A DNA stretch of 64,000 nt from an uncultured delta proteobacterium (lineage in GTDB: Bacteria; Desulfobacterota; RBG-13-43-22). The notes beneath the pieces were generated by a model, which searched no databases, was not told where the DNA came from, and saw only the letters and a program-made list of their open reading frames with translations. The translations under genes and the position numbers were made by a program. The stretch is taken from assembly GCA_963743305.1 (NCBI GenBank), contig CAVUPH010000042.1, positions 64,001 through 128,000 of the forward strand, in the 5' to 3' direction. The number at the start of each line of letters is the position of its first letter. Position 1 is the first letter of the stretch. Positions 10,551 through 19,961 of the stretch are shown here, in pieces.

Positions 10551-10717
10551 TATGATTAAAATTTTCCAACCCTATTTCCAGCCCGGGGTGAATTTTCTAG
10601 CCCTTTCATGGCCGAATGCTACCATAACCCGTCACTAAAAAAAGGGCCCACCCTCCCAGGCTGGCCCATCTTAGCGGAGGTTACTCTCAGGGTTTTGGAA
10701 AAATCTCTTGGAATTAC

Positions 10718-10912
10718 TTAATTACCAACCGGAGTGCGACGCATAAAGGGAAGTAATAGATTGAAAGTCCTTCTTTTGACACCAAACATCCTAAGTTCAT
10801 TCTGTTGTTTTTGGGCATTTATAAGCATTGTTCTGTCAATATGAGGATTAGATTCTAAAATCTTTTCAACATCTATTTTTATTTTTCCGTTTTTTGTTTT
10901 ATCTTTTCTCAT
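10718..10912 (-). CDS. Small AT-rich hypothetical protein
   Basis: 64-aa ORF with GGAGG RBS in a low-GC patch. Confidence 0.45.
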   Translation of the reverse strand: MRKDKTKNGKIKIDVEKILESNPHIDRTMLINAQKQQNELRMFGVKRRTFNLLLPFMRRTPVGN

Positions 10913-11437
10913 AGCCCCTCCCGCTTATAACGGAATATATTTATCCTTAACATGGATAATTGCTTTATGCCCTCGTTTTTGCATATAACCTTCAATATCT
11001 CAAACCCGATCCGTGACCTTCCTGCCAGAGTGCCCGCAAAGCGACGATCTCTGGAAAGCTCGACCATTATCCCCGAACGCGGATCCGGATCGACGCCCTC
11101 CCGCCCGTTCGTTCAAATCCTAAGCCTCCGCAGGACCTAAAACAGGCAAATCACCCATCGAATTTTCTGAATCAACCGTCTTATGCTCATTTATTCAGGA
11201 CCAAGCTTCACAGCCGCCCCATGGTGATGCGTTCGTCCCGGTGGCCTTACTCTTTTGTATCCCCCAACCGCCAGGGCCACAAAGGACACAGTTCAATCCG
11301 GCGGGTATGGGTTTCCCATAATTACTCTCCCCCCTCGCCCTCGAGCATTTCCGGCCGCATATATTTCGGCGCTCGCTTCAATTGGTAAACGTCTCGGCTT
11401 ACCGCCCGGCGTTCCAGGGCGGCCTTGAACTTCGCTA

Positions 11438-13225
11438 CTAGGCCTGCACAATCCGGTTCTTCCCCTGCATCTTCGCCCGATACATAGCGGCATCGGCCTG
11501 AGACAGAAGCTCCCCGGGAGTCAGGGTCCCCTCGATCTCGATTAGGCCGATACTCAAAGTCATAGGGAATACTTTACCGTTCAGTTCAAAAGATTGAGCC
11601 TCCACAACCAGACGGAGACGTTCCGCCGCTGAGAGGGCTTCCCCGCCGGTCTTCCCTTCGAGGAGGAGGGCAAATTCATCGCCCCCCAACCGGAAAACAA
11701 CATCCTCGGTCCGAAGTTCGGCCTTGATGATGTTGGTCAAGAGGATCAGGACTTCATCCCCGGCGGCGTGACCGACCGTATCGTTGACGTCCTTGAAGTT
11801 GTCGAGGTCCAAGTACAGGAGAGAACTCTTCTCGCCCCGTTTGGCCTTAGCAATGCTGCGTTTGAGCATGTCCTCCAACGAATGTCGGTTCAAGAGGCCG
11901 GTGAGGGCATCGTGGATGGCGAAATATTCCAGGTCCGCCTGGTGGGACTTACGTTCAGTGATATCGCGCAGGACGGCTGTGTAAAATCGGCCCCCGGCGG
12001 TCTCCCATTTGGCCAGCGAAAATTCGACGGGAAACTCGGTTCCGTCCTTCCGCAGTCCTTCCAGTTCAACCGTTTTGCCGATGACCTGCGACTCACCGCC
12101 GGCTTGGACCCTGTCCCGACCGGCCTGATGCCGGTCTCGGTAACGGTCCGGTATTAGTCGAGTCACGGATTGACCGCTGATCTCGGCCTCGGGGTAGCCG
12201 AACATTTTTTCAGCGCCCCGGTTCCAGCTCACAATGGCACCCCCACCGTCGGCCGTGACAATGGCGTCGTGGGCCGAGTTGGTCACCGCCCGGAAATGGG
12301 CTTCGCTTTCGCGTAGCGCAGTCACTTTCTCGTCCCGTTCCCTATTGGCCTGGTCTATTTCTCTGCCAAATGATTTCGCTATGATTATCACGATGAGGCC
12401 GACGGCCAGGGCGGAGGCTATGGCTAATAGCGCTGAGGTCAGTGCGGGATTAGTCGCCGAAGATAATCCAATCGTATGGATGATATCACTGATCATAACA
12501 AAACCAACGGTCACCGGTAGAAATGTCCTTACCAAGCGACTGCGGACAGAAGTCCCTGTAAAAAATAGTATTGGATGAACAGAGGACCCCGAAGCAAACA
12601 GTATTCCCAAACCCAAGAAAACAAAGGCCACGGCTGTCGGGAAGGCTACGGGAATTATGCTTCCACCATACAACAGAGGGGTTCCATGTAAATATCCGAG
12701 AATTATTATCAGCCCGGCGGCACTAACCATCAGGGCCAAAAACGAAGCCGCGTTTTTAACCAGGTGTTTCCTGTGGGGTGAGAAACAGAGAAGTAATATT
12801 CCTGATGAGGCGACCATGAAATTTATGGAGGTAATAGGAGACATACGACCACTATAATTCAGGGGAAGATATTGGATAAACTTGGTCCGAGCGAATCCCA
12901 GATGTTCTGCTTGAAGGAAATTTCCTGAAAAGAAATAGATCAGCAACATTAAAGTGATTAATCCAGTGAGGGAAGCGCAGAATAGGGTAATCATCCGCGG
13001 AAGAAAGCCGGGAAGGAGAAGGGAAACAAGAAAGGAAGCGCTTAATAGGAAAAAACAGAAAGCCGTGCTGGGAGCGATGGGAATGTACGCTTGTTTTATA
13101 CTGGTCAGCAGGGTTGACTCAAAAACCCATCCTGCTAAAGATACAGAGCCGATGACGGCCGTGATCATTAAGCTCCCCAGAGACAGGCGTCTTAAGACCT
13201 GTTCCAAGCGTTCTTGATCGTTCAT
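11438..13225 (-). CDS. Membrane-bound PAS-domain diguanylate cyclase
   Basis: Multiple TM helices, PAS (WNRGAEKMFGY...RKDGTEFPVE), HDALTGLLNR, DLDNFK, RLGGDEF; start chosen at MNDQE. Confidence 0.92.
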   Translation of the reverse strand: MNDQERLEQVLRRLSLGSLMITAVIGSVSLAGWVFESTLLTSIKQAYIPIAPSTAFCFFLLSASFLVSLLLPGFLPRMITLFCASLTGLITLMLLIYFFSGNFLQAEHLGFARTKFIQYLPLNYSGRMSPITSINFMVASSGILLLCFSPHRKHLVKNAASFLALMVSAAGLIIILGYLHGTPLLYGGSIIPVAFPTAVAFVFLGLGILFASGSSVHPILFFTGTSVRSRLVRTFLPVTVGFVMISDIIHTIGLSSATNPALTSALLAIASALAVGLIVIIIAKSFGREIDQANRERDEKVTALRESEAHFRAVTNSAHDAIVTADGGGAIVSWNRGAEKMFGYPEAEISGQSVTRLIPDRYRDRHQAGRDRVQAGGESQVIGKTVELEGLRKDGTEFPVEFSLAKWETAGGRFYTAVLRDITERKSHQADLEYFAIHDALTGLLNRHSLEDMLKRSIAKAKRGEKSSLLYLDLDNFKDVNDTVGHAAGDEVLILLTNIIKAELRTEDVVFRLGGDEFALLLEGKTGGEALSAAERLRLVVEAQSFELNGKVFPMTLSIGLIEIEGTLTPGELLSQADAAMYRAKMQGKNRIVQA

Positions 13226-13317
13226 GGCCGCTCTTTCTGCTTTCGGTGCTGCCTGGTTTGCGACAGGTGCGCCTTTATTGTCAATAACGTCTAGAATTTC
13301 CAAAAAATCTTTGTTGA

Positions 13318-13359
13318 ATCGGGTGGTGCGGAGGAATTTCACCCTCCCGTTCCCACAGG
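13318..13359 (-). other. Possible 3' remnant (domain VI) of a group II intron
   Basis: Minus strand CTGTGGGAACGGGAGGGTGAAATTCCTCCGCACCACCCGAT resembles a bacterial group II intron 3' end; domain V and RT absent. Confidence 0.45.
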
Positions 13360-13375
13360 TTCCCACTTTCCACAT

Positions 13376-13545
13376 CTAATTTTTTTGCCACGCGCATCCC
13401 TTTTCGGTGGAGGCCTCTACGTCTTCTTCGAATTTAAATAGCTTTTCATCTTTTTTTCGAATGTGAGGCATCTAAAGTCGTTTTCTTCCGCTGCGACGGA
13501 AGTGCACACCAAGATCCCGATCAAAACGCCAAACAGTTTATTCAT
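13376..13545 (-). pseudogene. Internally deleted secreted-protein gene, cassette-like
   Basis: RBS GGAGGAG + MNKLFGVLIGILVCTSVAAEENDFRCL joined out of frame to IRKKDEKLFKFEEDVEASTEKGCAWQKN*. Confidence 0.55.
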
Positions 13546-13567
13546 AGCTCCTCCGGTACGGTTTGAT

Positions 13568-13612
13568 GCCTAACCAATTATCGAATTGGGCAATTTTCTG
13601 AATAATAGCAGA
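13568..13612 (-). other. Integron attI-like recombination site
   Basis: Minus strand TATTATTCAGAAAATTGCCCAATTCGATAATTG-GTTAGGC; GTTRRRY core 22 nt before a start codon. Confidence 0.45.
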
Positions 13613-13955
13613 AAGTTTCAGTATTTTCTATGGGGAATTTTTGCGAGGTTATCAATCCTTTATTTACCCAAAATAACCGATAAACAACCCCGCAAATCGA
13701 AAATTAGGGTGTTTTGATTTCAAAAATACCGGGTTTCCATTATTTATTTTTCTTTCTCCCCGGGATATCCTGCGGACCATATTGTAAAAGCAAACATTAA
13801 ACGGGGCGCCCGGAACGGGGCCCGCGGTTCGAATGAATCGGCGTTTTTGGGTTTCGTAGGTACTTGACGGTAGCTGCGAAGGTAAAATTAAATTTTGTTC
13901 CCTCAAATCCCTCACGGTGGGTCACGGCCACAGGAGGGGAGAAAGGAGTAAGAGG

Positions 13956-14177
13956 ATGAACAGGGGCCAATTCGAGGATCTGATGCTCACCGACGAAAAA
14001 TTTTTTGCCCATTATGCCCGATTATTTATGGACTCCAAGGATGCCCTGGGTCAGAGCCTCACCGATTGGTGTTGGCGGAGATACCTGGACGGAGAACAGC
14101 CTAGCCCCATTTCCACCGGTTTCGGTATCGACTTTTTTTCAGACGGCGCTACTGTTTTCCAGGAAATCCGAGTATGA
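13956..14177 (+). CDS. Small hypothetical protein
   Basis: RBS-like AGGAG/GAGG, MNRGQFEDL..., stop overlaps next ATG (ATGA). Confidence 0.5.
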   Translation: MNRGQFEDLMLTDEKFFAHYARLFMDSKDALGQSLTDWCWRRYLDGEQPSPISTGFGIDFFSDGATVFQEIRV

Positions 14178-14437
14178 AATTTATGAATGGGCCTAAGCGG
14201 CTAATCTATTGGTCGATCATATTCTTTATTAGTTGGGCGCTTCTCGTTACCAGCGCGGCCTATGTTAATTGTGAAAACGTTGTCCCCGATCAATTCTTGG
14301 ACGTAGCCTTTGGATGTCAAAAGAGTCATCATTTTTTCTTGGCGGTAAGAGAAAAGACCTCTCCAGCCTTTCTCGGTTTCCTGAACACAATCAAACTCAA
14401 GAGAAGCGACTTCCTGACCGTAGTCCTTCGCTGTTAG
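14174..14437 (+). CDS. Small membrane/secreted protein ending in VVLRC
   Basis: N-terminal hydrophobic helix, 3 Cys, translational coupling to upstream ORF. Confidence 0.55.
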   Translation: MKFMNGPKRLIYWSIIFFISWALLVTSAAYVNCENVVPDQFLDVAFGCQKSHHFFLAVREKTSPAFLGFLNTIKLKRSDFLTVVLRC

Positions 14438-14555
14438 ACCCCATTCCTTATAATTTCTCTTTGTTTTCAGGCGCACGCCCTCTGTTTTTGCCAGGCTTTT
14501 CGGGAAGGCGACATTCCACCTAGGCACGGAAATTTTCGGTTTCCATGAGGGAGGA

Positions 14556-16058
14556 TTGAAACCATGGACAAGACCATTTCATGCTGCAGCCGAAGCGCAG
14601 GAGGCTGGGGACACTGGGCTTTCAGGACCCTGGACGGGGCCGGCCGAAGGGGTCGCCGGCGATCCGCTATTCCTGGAGGGTGTCCTCCCCCGAGAGGAAT
14701 TTCTAGAACGACTGCACTTTGAAAAACGCCGGGTGGACCGTTCCGGGAAGCCGTTGTCCATGACCCTGTTTTTCCTGAAAGAGGAGCTTCTGGCGGATGC
14801 CAGAAAGCTGCGTGAGTTCCTCCTGGCCCTTAAGCGGGATACCCGGGAGACGGACTTGAAGGGTTGGGTGAAGCGGAACGTCCTCGGCCTCCTGATGCTG
14901 GATACCGACGGCCTCCAGGCACAAAAGTGCCTGGAACTGCTGGGCAACGACCGAACGAAGACCTCCTGCGATTTCTTGACCGCGGCCTATCCCGACCGCC
15001 TCTTCGATGAATTGGCGGAGGAGGTGGAGGCCGTGCCCGGAATTCTTCCCCTGGAATCGCTGGAAATGGCGGGCGCCGACTCGGTCCAGCAAACCCTCAA
15101 GCGTGGCTTTGATATCCTGGGGGCACTGATCGGTCTGATCTTTTTCTCTCCGGTCTTGTTGATCACGGCCCTGGCCCTCAAACTGACTTCCCCCGGACCG
15201 ATTCTTTTTCGCCAGAGGCGTCTGGGACAAAGAGGAAATCCTTTCGACCTTTTAAACTTAAATCCCCTGGCGGCCGCTAACGGCGACCTGGCCAAACCGA
15301 GATACCTGTTCAACCCGATCGATGGGCGATATCAGCAGGTCAGCCAGGGGAGACGGGATAATCCCTCGGTTTATGGGGAGAACGACTGCCTTAGCAGCCT
15401 GGCGGAGATAATTCGAAAGCTCGGCCTGGATCGACTGCCACAGCTTTTTAACGTGTTAAAGGGGGAAATGAGTCTGGTCGGCCCCCGGCCGATCAGGCCT
15501 CAGGAGGCGGATAAATTTAAGTCCTGGCGCCTCCGCCGGATCCTGTCCGTCAGACCGGGCCTCACCGGCCTCTGGCAGGCGGAGGGACGCAGTCCAGCCT
15601 CTTTGGAGGAGATGATCCGATCGGACCTCCGCTATGTGCAGAATGGGTCGCTGGGGCTGGATCTTAAAATCCTGGCCAAAACGGTCTTTGAAGTTCTGAT
15701 GGCCCTGGGGCCGAAGCCCGGGCCTGAACCGAAGGACCTCACTCCGGATGATGCGGGGGGCCGTAAATATGTCCGGAAGACGGCCAAGGTACTCGTCGAG
15801 GGCAGCGCGATCGGGTTATGGCTGAATTATTCCTGGCATCATTTTTTGGCGGTATCCCTGGGCTGGGGGGATAGCGCTCCGGATTGGTACTTTCGCCTCC
15901 AGGAAATAGTTTTCCTCTTCATCCTGCTCATCGGTATGGTCGGCTGGGCGGTCCTCTATCCCCGGTTAGACGGCTTCTTAACCGGCATAAGGTCTAAAAA
16001 GGGCTCTCTCTTGGCTGCCATCTTCTCCGGCAAGGCGTTACCCGCCAAGGGGAAATAA
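14556..16058 (+). CDS. Sugar transferase (WcaJ/PglC-like) with degenerate N-terminal GGDEF-like domain and C-terminal TM pair
   Basis: KRGFDI, SPGPILFRQRRLG, LPQLFNVLKGEMSLVGPRP, PGLTGLWQ; strong RBS before TTG. Confidence 0.85.
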   Translation: MKPWTRPFHAAAEAQEAGDTGLSGPWTGPAEGVAGDPLFLEGVLPREEFLERLHFEKRRVDRSGKPLSMTLFFLKEELLADARKLREFLLALKRDTRETDLKGWVKRNVLGLLMLDTDGLQAQKCLELLGNDRTKTSCDFLTAAYPDRLFDELAEEVEAVPGILPLESLEMAGADSVQQTLKRGFDILGALIGLIFFSPVLLITALALKLTSPGPILFRQRRLGQRGNPFDLLNLNPLAAANGDLAKPRYLFNPIDGRYQQVSQGRRDNPSVYGENDCLSSLAEIIRKLGLDRLPQLFNVLKGEMSLVGPRPIRPQEADKFKSWRLRRILSVRPGLTGLWQAEGRSPASLEEMIRSDLRYVQNGSLGLDLKILAKTVFEVLMALGPKPGPEPKDLTPDDAGGRKYVRKTAKVLVEGSAIGLWLNYSWHHFLAVSLGWGDSAPDWYFRLQEIVFLFILLIGMVGWAVLYPRLDGFLTGIRSKKGSLLAAIFSGKALPAKGK

Positions 16059-16087
16059 CCACCCAAACGAATATCCTTTTTTATCTT

Positions 16088-16963
16088 TTGGCCGCATTTT
16101 CTTGCGGGACGAATGGGCTTATCTTATTGAATTCCTATCTTAAAGTTGGAACACCCGAAAATGATTTCGGAAGAATCCCATCGGGAGTTGAAAAGGTTTT
16201 TACCTTTTTTTCGCGTGCCGTAAGAAACCCGCTCCAATCCATCTGGGGGGCATTGTTCGTAATTCAGCGGCGGATTGATCCCGGGGACGAAACCCTGGCC
16301 CAGGCCGTTCGCATTCTTCGGGAGGAAATAGGCCAACTCCAGGAACTGGTTCAAGATACCTTGGAATTCCTCCGGCCGGCGGAAGGAAAGTCGGTTATCC
16401 CGGTTGATCTCAATTCCCTGCTGGCCTCGCTCCTGGCCGCCCTGACCATTAATCCGGACGGGTCCGACCTCCCGGTTTCCGTGAACAGCTCCTTCGATCC
16501 GGCTCTTCCGCAACTGCCGGCCGATTACGAGGAGATTAGGAGGGCCTTCGGGCATCTTCTAAAAAACGGCCACGCGGCCCTGTCGGTTATGGGAGGGAAT
16601 CTGAGTGTTGAAACCCGTTTCTCCCCGGATCCGGTACCAGGAAATATACGCGTAGATTTAACCGCGGAAGGCCCCGGTGTGAGAGGGAAATATTTTGACC
16701 AGGGATTCCCTTCCTTTACTATCTACCCGAACCGGGGAAACGGTTTGGGAGCGGCCATTGCCCAGCGGATTATCACGGAACAGTATCAGGGAGACCTGAA
16801 GTGGGAGCGGGACGCCGAAGGAGTCCTGCGCTTGTGGGTGTCCTTGCCGCTTAAAATGACCACCCGGCCGGCGTTGGGAGGCGATCAACCGGCTGAAAAC
16901 GATCGACCCCGGTTTGATGATACCCAAACCCCACAAGCAGGGATATTTAGGACCACCTTTTAA
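16088..16963 (+). CDS. Degenerate HisKA/HATPase protein (pseudo-histidine kinase); start uncertain
   Basis: RAVRNPLQSI H-box-like, HLLKNG N-box, AEGPG, GNGLGAAIAQRII G2 box. Confidence 0.65.
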   Translation: MAAFSCGTNGLILLNSYLKVGTPENDFGRIPSGVEKVFTFFSRAVRNPLQSIWGALFVIQRRIDPGDETLAQAVRILREEIGQLQELVQDTLEFLRPAEGKSVIPVDLNSLLASLLAALTINPDGSDLPVSVNSSFDPALPQLPADYEEIRRAFGHLLKNGHAALSVMGGNLSVETRFSPDPVPGNIRVDLTAEGPGVRGKYFDQGFPSFTIYPNRGNGLGAAIAQRIITEQYQGDLKWERDAEGVLRLWVSLPLKMTTRPALGGDQPAENDRPRFDDTQTPQAGIFRTTF

Positions 16964-17157
16964 AAATCGGCCGGCGGCCCTTCATCGACTTCTCCCCCCA
17001 GCCCATCCCATTTTTTCTCCATCCGGATTACTTTCAATAAAATGCTTTATGATGGTATTTTGTCTTTGAAAGATGGTAGGCTGGAGTATTTCCATTTCCC
17101 GCGGAAGGCTTCTTTTTTTAATTCCCGGTTGGTAGGAATTCATAAGCAGGAGAAGGT

Positions 17158-19824
17158 ATGACCCCGCCCAAGAAGTCCGTTGCAAAAAAAGCGAAACGCG
17201 AAGCCCCTGCCCGGCCCCAAGGGGATGATCAAAAACCCCTAACCGAAGCGGGAAGCAGCCGGGCCCCCCTTTATATTGTCGGCATCGGCGGATCGGCCGG
17301 GGCTTTGGAGGCCTTGGGGCAGTTTTTTCCCAACCTGCCGCCTAACTCGGGCCTGGGATTCGTCGTCGTGACCCACCTCGATCCCACCCATAAAGGGATC
17401 ATGCCCGAATTAGTCCAGCGAATGACACCCATGAAGGTCTTTCAGGCCGATGATAATATGAAAGTCGAAGCCGATACGGTGTATGTCATTCCCCCCAACA
17501 AGGACCTGGCCATCATGAACGGGGTCCTGCAATTACTGGAACCCTCCGCGCCCCGGGGCCTGAGGCTGCCGATCGATTTTTTCTTCCGGCACCTGGCCGA
17601 CGACCAGAAGGAACGGAGCATCGGGATCATTTTCTCCGGCATGGGGAGCGACGGGACCCTGGGCCTGCGTTCCATCAAGGAACAGATGGGCATGGTCATG
17701 GTCCAGGACCCGCGAACGGCCAAGTACGACTCCATGCCCCGCAGCGCCCTGGAGACGGGCCTGACCGATTTCCTGGCCCCGGCCGATGCGCTTCCCGAAA
17801 AACTCATCCAATACGCCGGACATTTCCTTAAAATCAGCCGCACGCGCCCGGCGATAGAAACGAAGTCGTCGAGCGCCCTTCAGAAGACCATGGTCCTGTT
17901 AAGGGGTAAAACCGGCAATGATTTCTCTCTCTATAAAGAGAATTCCATCCTCCGCCGCATCAACCGCCGCATGAGCATCCACCAGATCAGCGACCTGTCC
18001 CAATATGTCATTTACCTGGAGAAAAATCCCCGGGAGATCGGGCTGCTGTTCAAAGAGATGCTGATCGGAGTCACCAATTTTTTTCGCGATCCGGAGGCCT
18101 TCGAACTCCTTAAGGAAAAGGCTGTTATCCCGCTGCTGCAAGGCAAGGAAGAGGGCGGCGTCCTGCGGGTTTGGGTCCCGGCTTGTTCCACCGGGGAGGA
18201 AGCCTACAGCCTGGCGATCCTGATAAGGGAATGCCTGGATCAGAGGCCTCTTTCAAACGTCAAGGTCCAGATCTACGCCACCGATATCGACCCGGAGTCC
18301 ATCACTTTTGCCCGGCATGGCCTTTATCTGACCAATATCGCCGCCGACGTTTCAGAGTTTCGGCTGCAACGGTTTTTCATTAAAGAGGGTACCCATTTCC
18401 GGGTCCGTCAGGAAATTCGGGATATGGTGGTATTTGCACCCCAAAACCTGTTGTCCGATCCGCCCTTCACCAAACTGGATCTGCTAAGCTGCCGAAACCT
18501 GTTGATTTATTTCAACAGCGCCGCCCAAAAAAAAATCCTGCCTCTTTTTTACTACGCCCTGTTGCGGGGAGGGATACTTTTTCTGGGGCCTTCGGAAACC
18601 ATCTCGGGCTATAACGATCTTTTTAACCCGGTGGATTCCAGATGGAAGATTTACAGACGTCGAGAATCCCTATCGGCCACGATGGCTCTCCCCGATTTTC
18701 CGGTCCGGGTCTTTTCCCGGGAAATGACCAAGGTGCGAAAACCGGAAAAACGACCGTCGAATGTTCCTTTGTCTCTGTCGGAAATTCTTCAGGCGTTTAT
18801 CGTCAGCCACCTGGCCCCGCCCGTAGTCGTCACCAATGAAAATGGGGACCTTTTATTCTCCACGCAGCGGGTCGGCAGGTACCTCGAACCCCCGGTTGGC
18901 CGGGCCAGCCTCAATGTCTTCGACATGGCCCGGGAAGGGTTGAAACTGGAACTTTCGGTGGCGGTCCGGAAAGCCATCACCCAGCAAAGTGAAATTCGGG
19001 TGAGGGACATCATCATTAAAACGAACGGGGATCGGGTGAAATTTAATTTGACGGTCAAGCCGCTTCCGGTCCCAGAGGCGCCCTCGGGACTTTTGATTAT
19101 CGTCTTCGAGGAAGTGCCGTTTAAGCTCCCCAAGAAAAGAACCAAATCCCAGTTGGGAAAAGATGCCGACGGGGACAGCCGGATCAGCGAGTTGGAAGGG
19201 GAACTCCGAAATACCAAAGAGAGCCTGCAGACGGCCATCGAGGAGATGGAGACTTCCCAGGAAGAACTGAAGGCGACCAACGAAGAACTGCAGAGCACCA
19301 ACGAGGAGCTGCAGAGCGCCAATGAGGAACTGCAAAGCTCCAACGAGGAACTGAATACCTCCAAGGAGGAGATGCAGTCCCTTAATGAAGAGCTGATGAC
19401 GCTCAATGCCGAACTGCAGACGAAAAACGATGAATTTCTGATGGCGAACAATGACCTGCGGAACCTGTTGGACAGCACCCAGATCCCCACGGTCTTTCTG
19501 GACCATAACCTGAATATCAAGCGATTTACCCAACAGGCCACCATGATTTTCAAGCTGATCCCCACGGATACCGGGAGGCCGATCACCGACATCGTTTCCA
19601 GGCTGCAATACGGGACCCTGGCGCAAGATGTGCGCACCGTGCTGGACAGCCTGGTCCTCGAGGAGAAACAGGTCCAGGCCAACGACGGACGCTGGTATAC
19701 GATGAGGATCATGCCCTCCCGGACCCTGGAGAATAAGGTTGAAGGAGTGGTCATTACCTTCACCGACATAACCGAAATAAAACAAATGAAAGAGAGCGTC
19801 AAACGCGCGAAGGTCGGCGGTTGA
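17158..19824 (+). CDS. CheB methylesterase-CheR methyltransferase-coiled-coil-PAS fusion protein
   Basis: GGSAGA/VTHL/SGMGSDG CheB triad; VTNFFRD, ACSTGEEAYS, CRNLLIYF CheR motifs; NEELQS heptads; C-terminal PAS. Confidence 0.93.
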   Translation: MTPPKKSVAKKAKREAPARPQGDDQKPLTEAGSSRAPLYIVGIGGSAGALEALGQFFPNLPPNSGLGFVVVTHLDPTHKGIMPELVQRMTPMKVFQADDNMKVEADTVYVIPPNKDLAIMNGVLQLLEPSAPRGLRLPIDFFFRHLADDQKERSIGIIFSGMGSDGTLGLRSIKEQMGMVMVQDPRTAKYDSMPRSALETGLTDFLAPADALPEKLIQYAGHFLKISRTRPAIETKSSSALQKTMVLLRGKTGNDFSLYKENSILRRINRRMSIHQISDLSQYVIYLEKNPREIGLLFKEMLIGVTNFFRDPEAFELLKEKAVIPLLQGKEEGGVLRVWVPACSTGEEAYSLAILIRECLDQRPLSNVKVQIYATDIDPESITFARHGLYLTNIAADVSEFRLQRFFIKEGTHFRVRQEIRDMVVFAPQNLLSDPPFTKLDLLSCRNLLIYFNSAAQKKILPLFYYALLRGGILFLGPSETISGYNDLFNPVDSRWKIYRRRESLSATMALPDFPVRVFSREMTKVRKPEKRPSNVPLSLSEILQAFIVSHLAPPVVVTNENGDLLFSTQRVGRYLEPPVGRASLNVFDMAREGLKLELSVAVRKAITQQSEIRVRDIIIKTNGDRVKFNLTVKPLPVPEAPSGLLIIVFEEVPFKLPKKRTKSQLGKDADGDSRISELEGELRNTKESLQTAIEEMETSQEELKATNEELQSTNEELQSANEELQSSNEELNTSKEEMQSLNEELMTLNAELQTKNDEFLMANNDLRNLLDSTQIPTVFLDHNLNIKRFTQQATMIFKLIPTDTGRPITDIVSRLQYGTLAQDVRTVLDSLVLEEKQVQANDGRWYTMRIMPSRTLENKVEGVVITFTDITEIKQMKESVKRAKVGG

Positions 19825-19961
19825 AGGTCAACGCTTCACCGGCGACCTCAACCTCCCGGGAGGGGAAGATCATAGCCAGGGTCTTATCTGAAACCTTATG
19901 ATATGGCTCTATTATGAGACTGTTAATAAATGCGTCCCCAAAAACCTGATCGAGGAAAGCC

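Noticed and set aside
11100-11430. c-di-GMP riboswitch or attC downstream of the diguanylate cyclase
   Set aside because: No recognisable riboswitch consensus and no paired RYYYAAC/GTTRRRY boxes found
19255-19410. CRISPR or tandem DNA repeat
   Set aside because: The 21-nt periodicity encodes the NEELQS coiled-coil heptads of the CheB/CheR protein; there are no spacers
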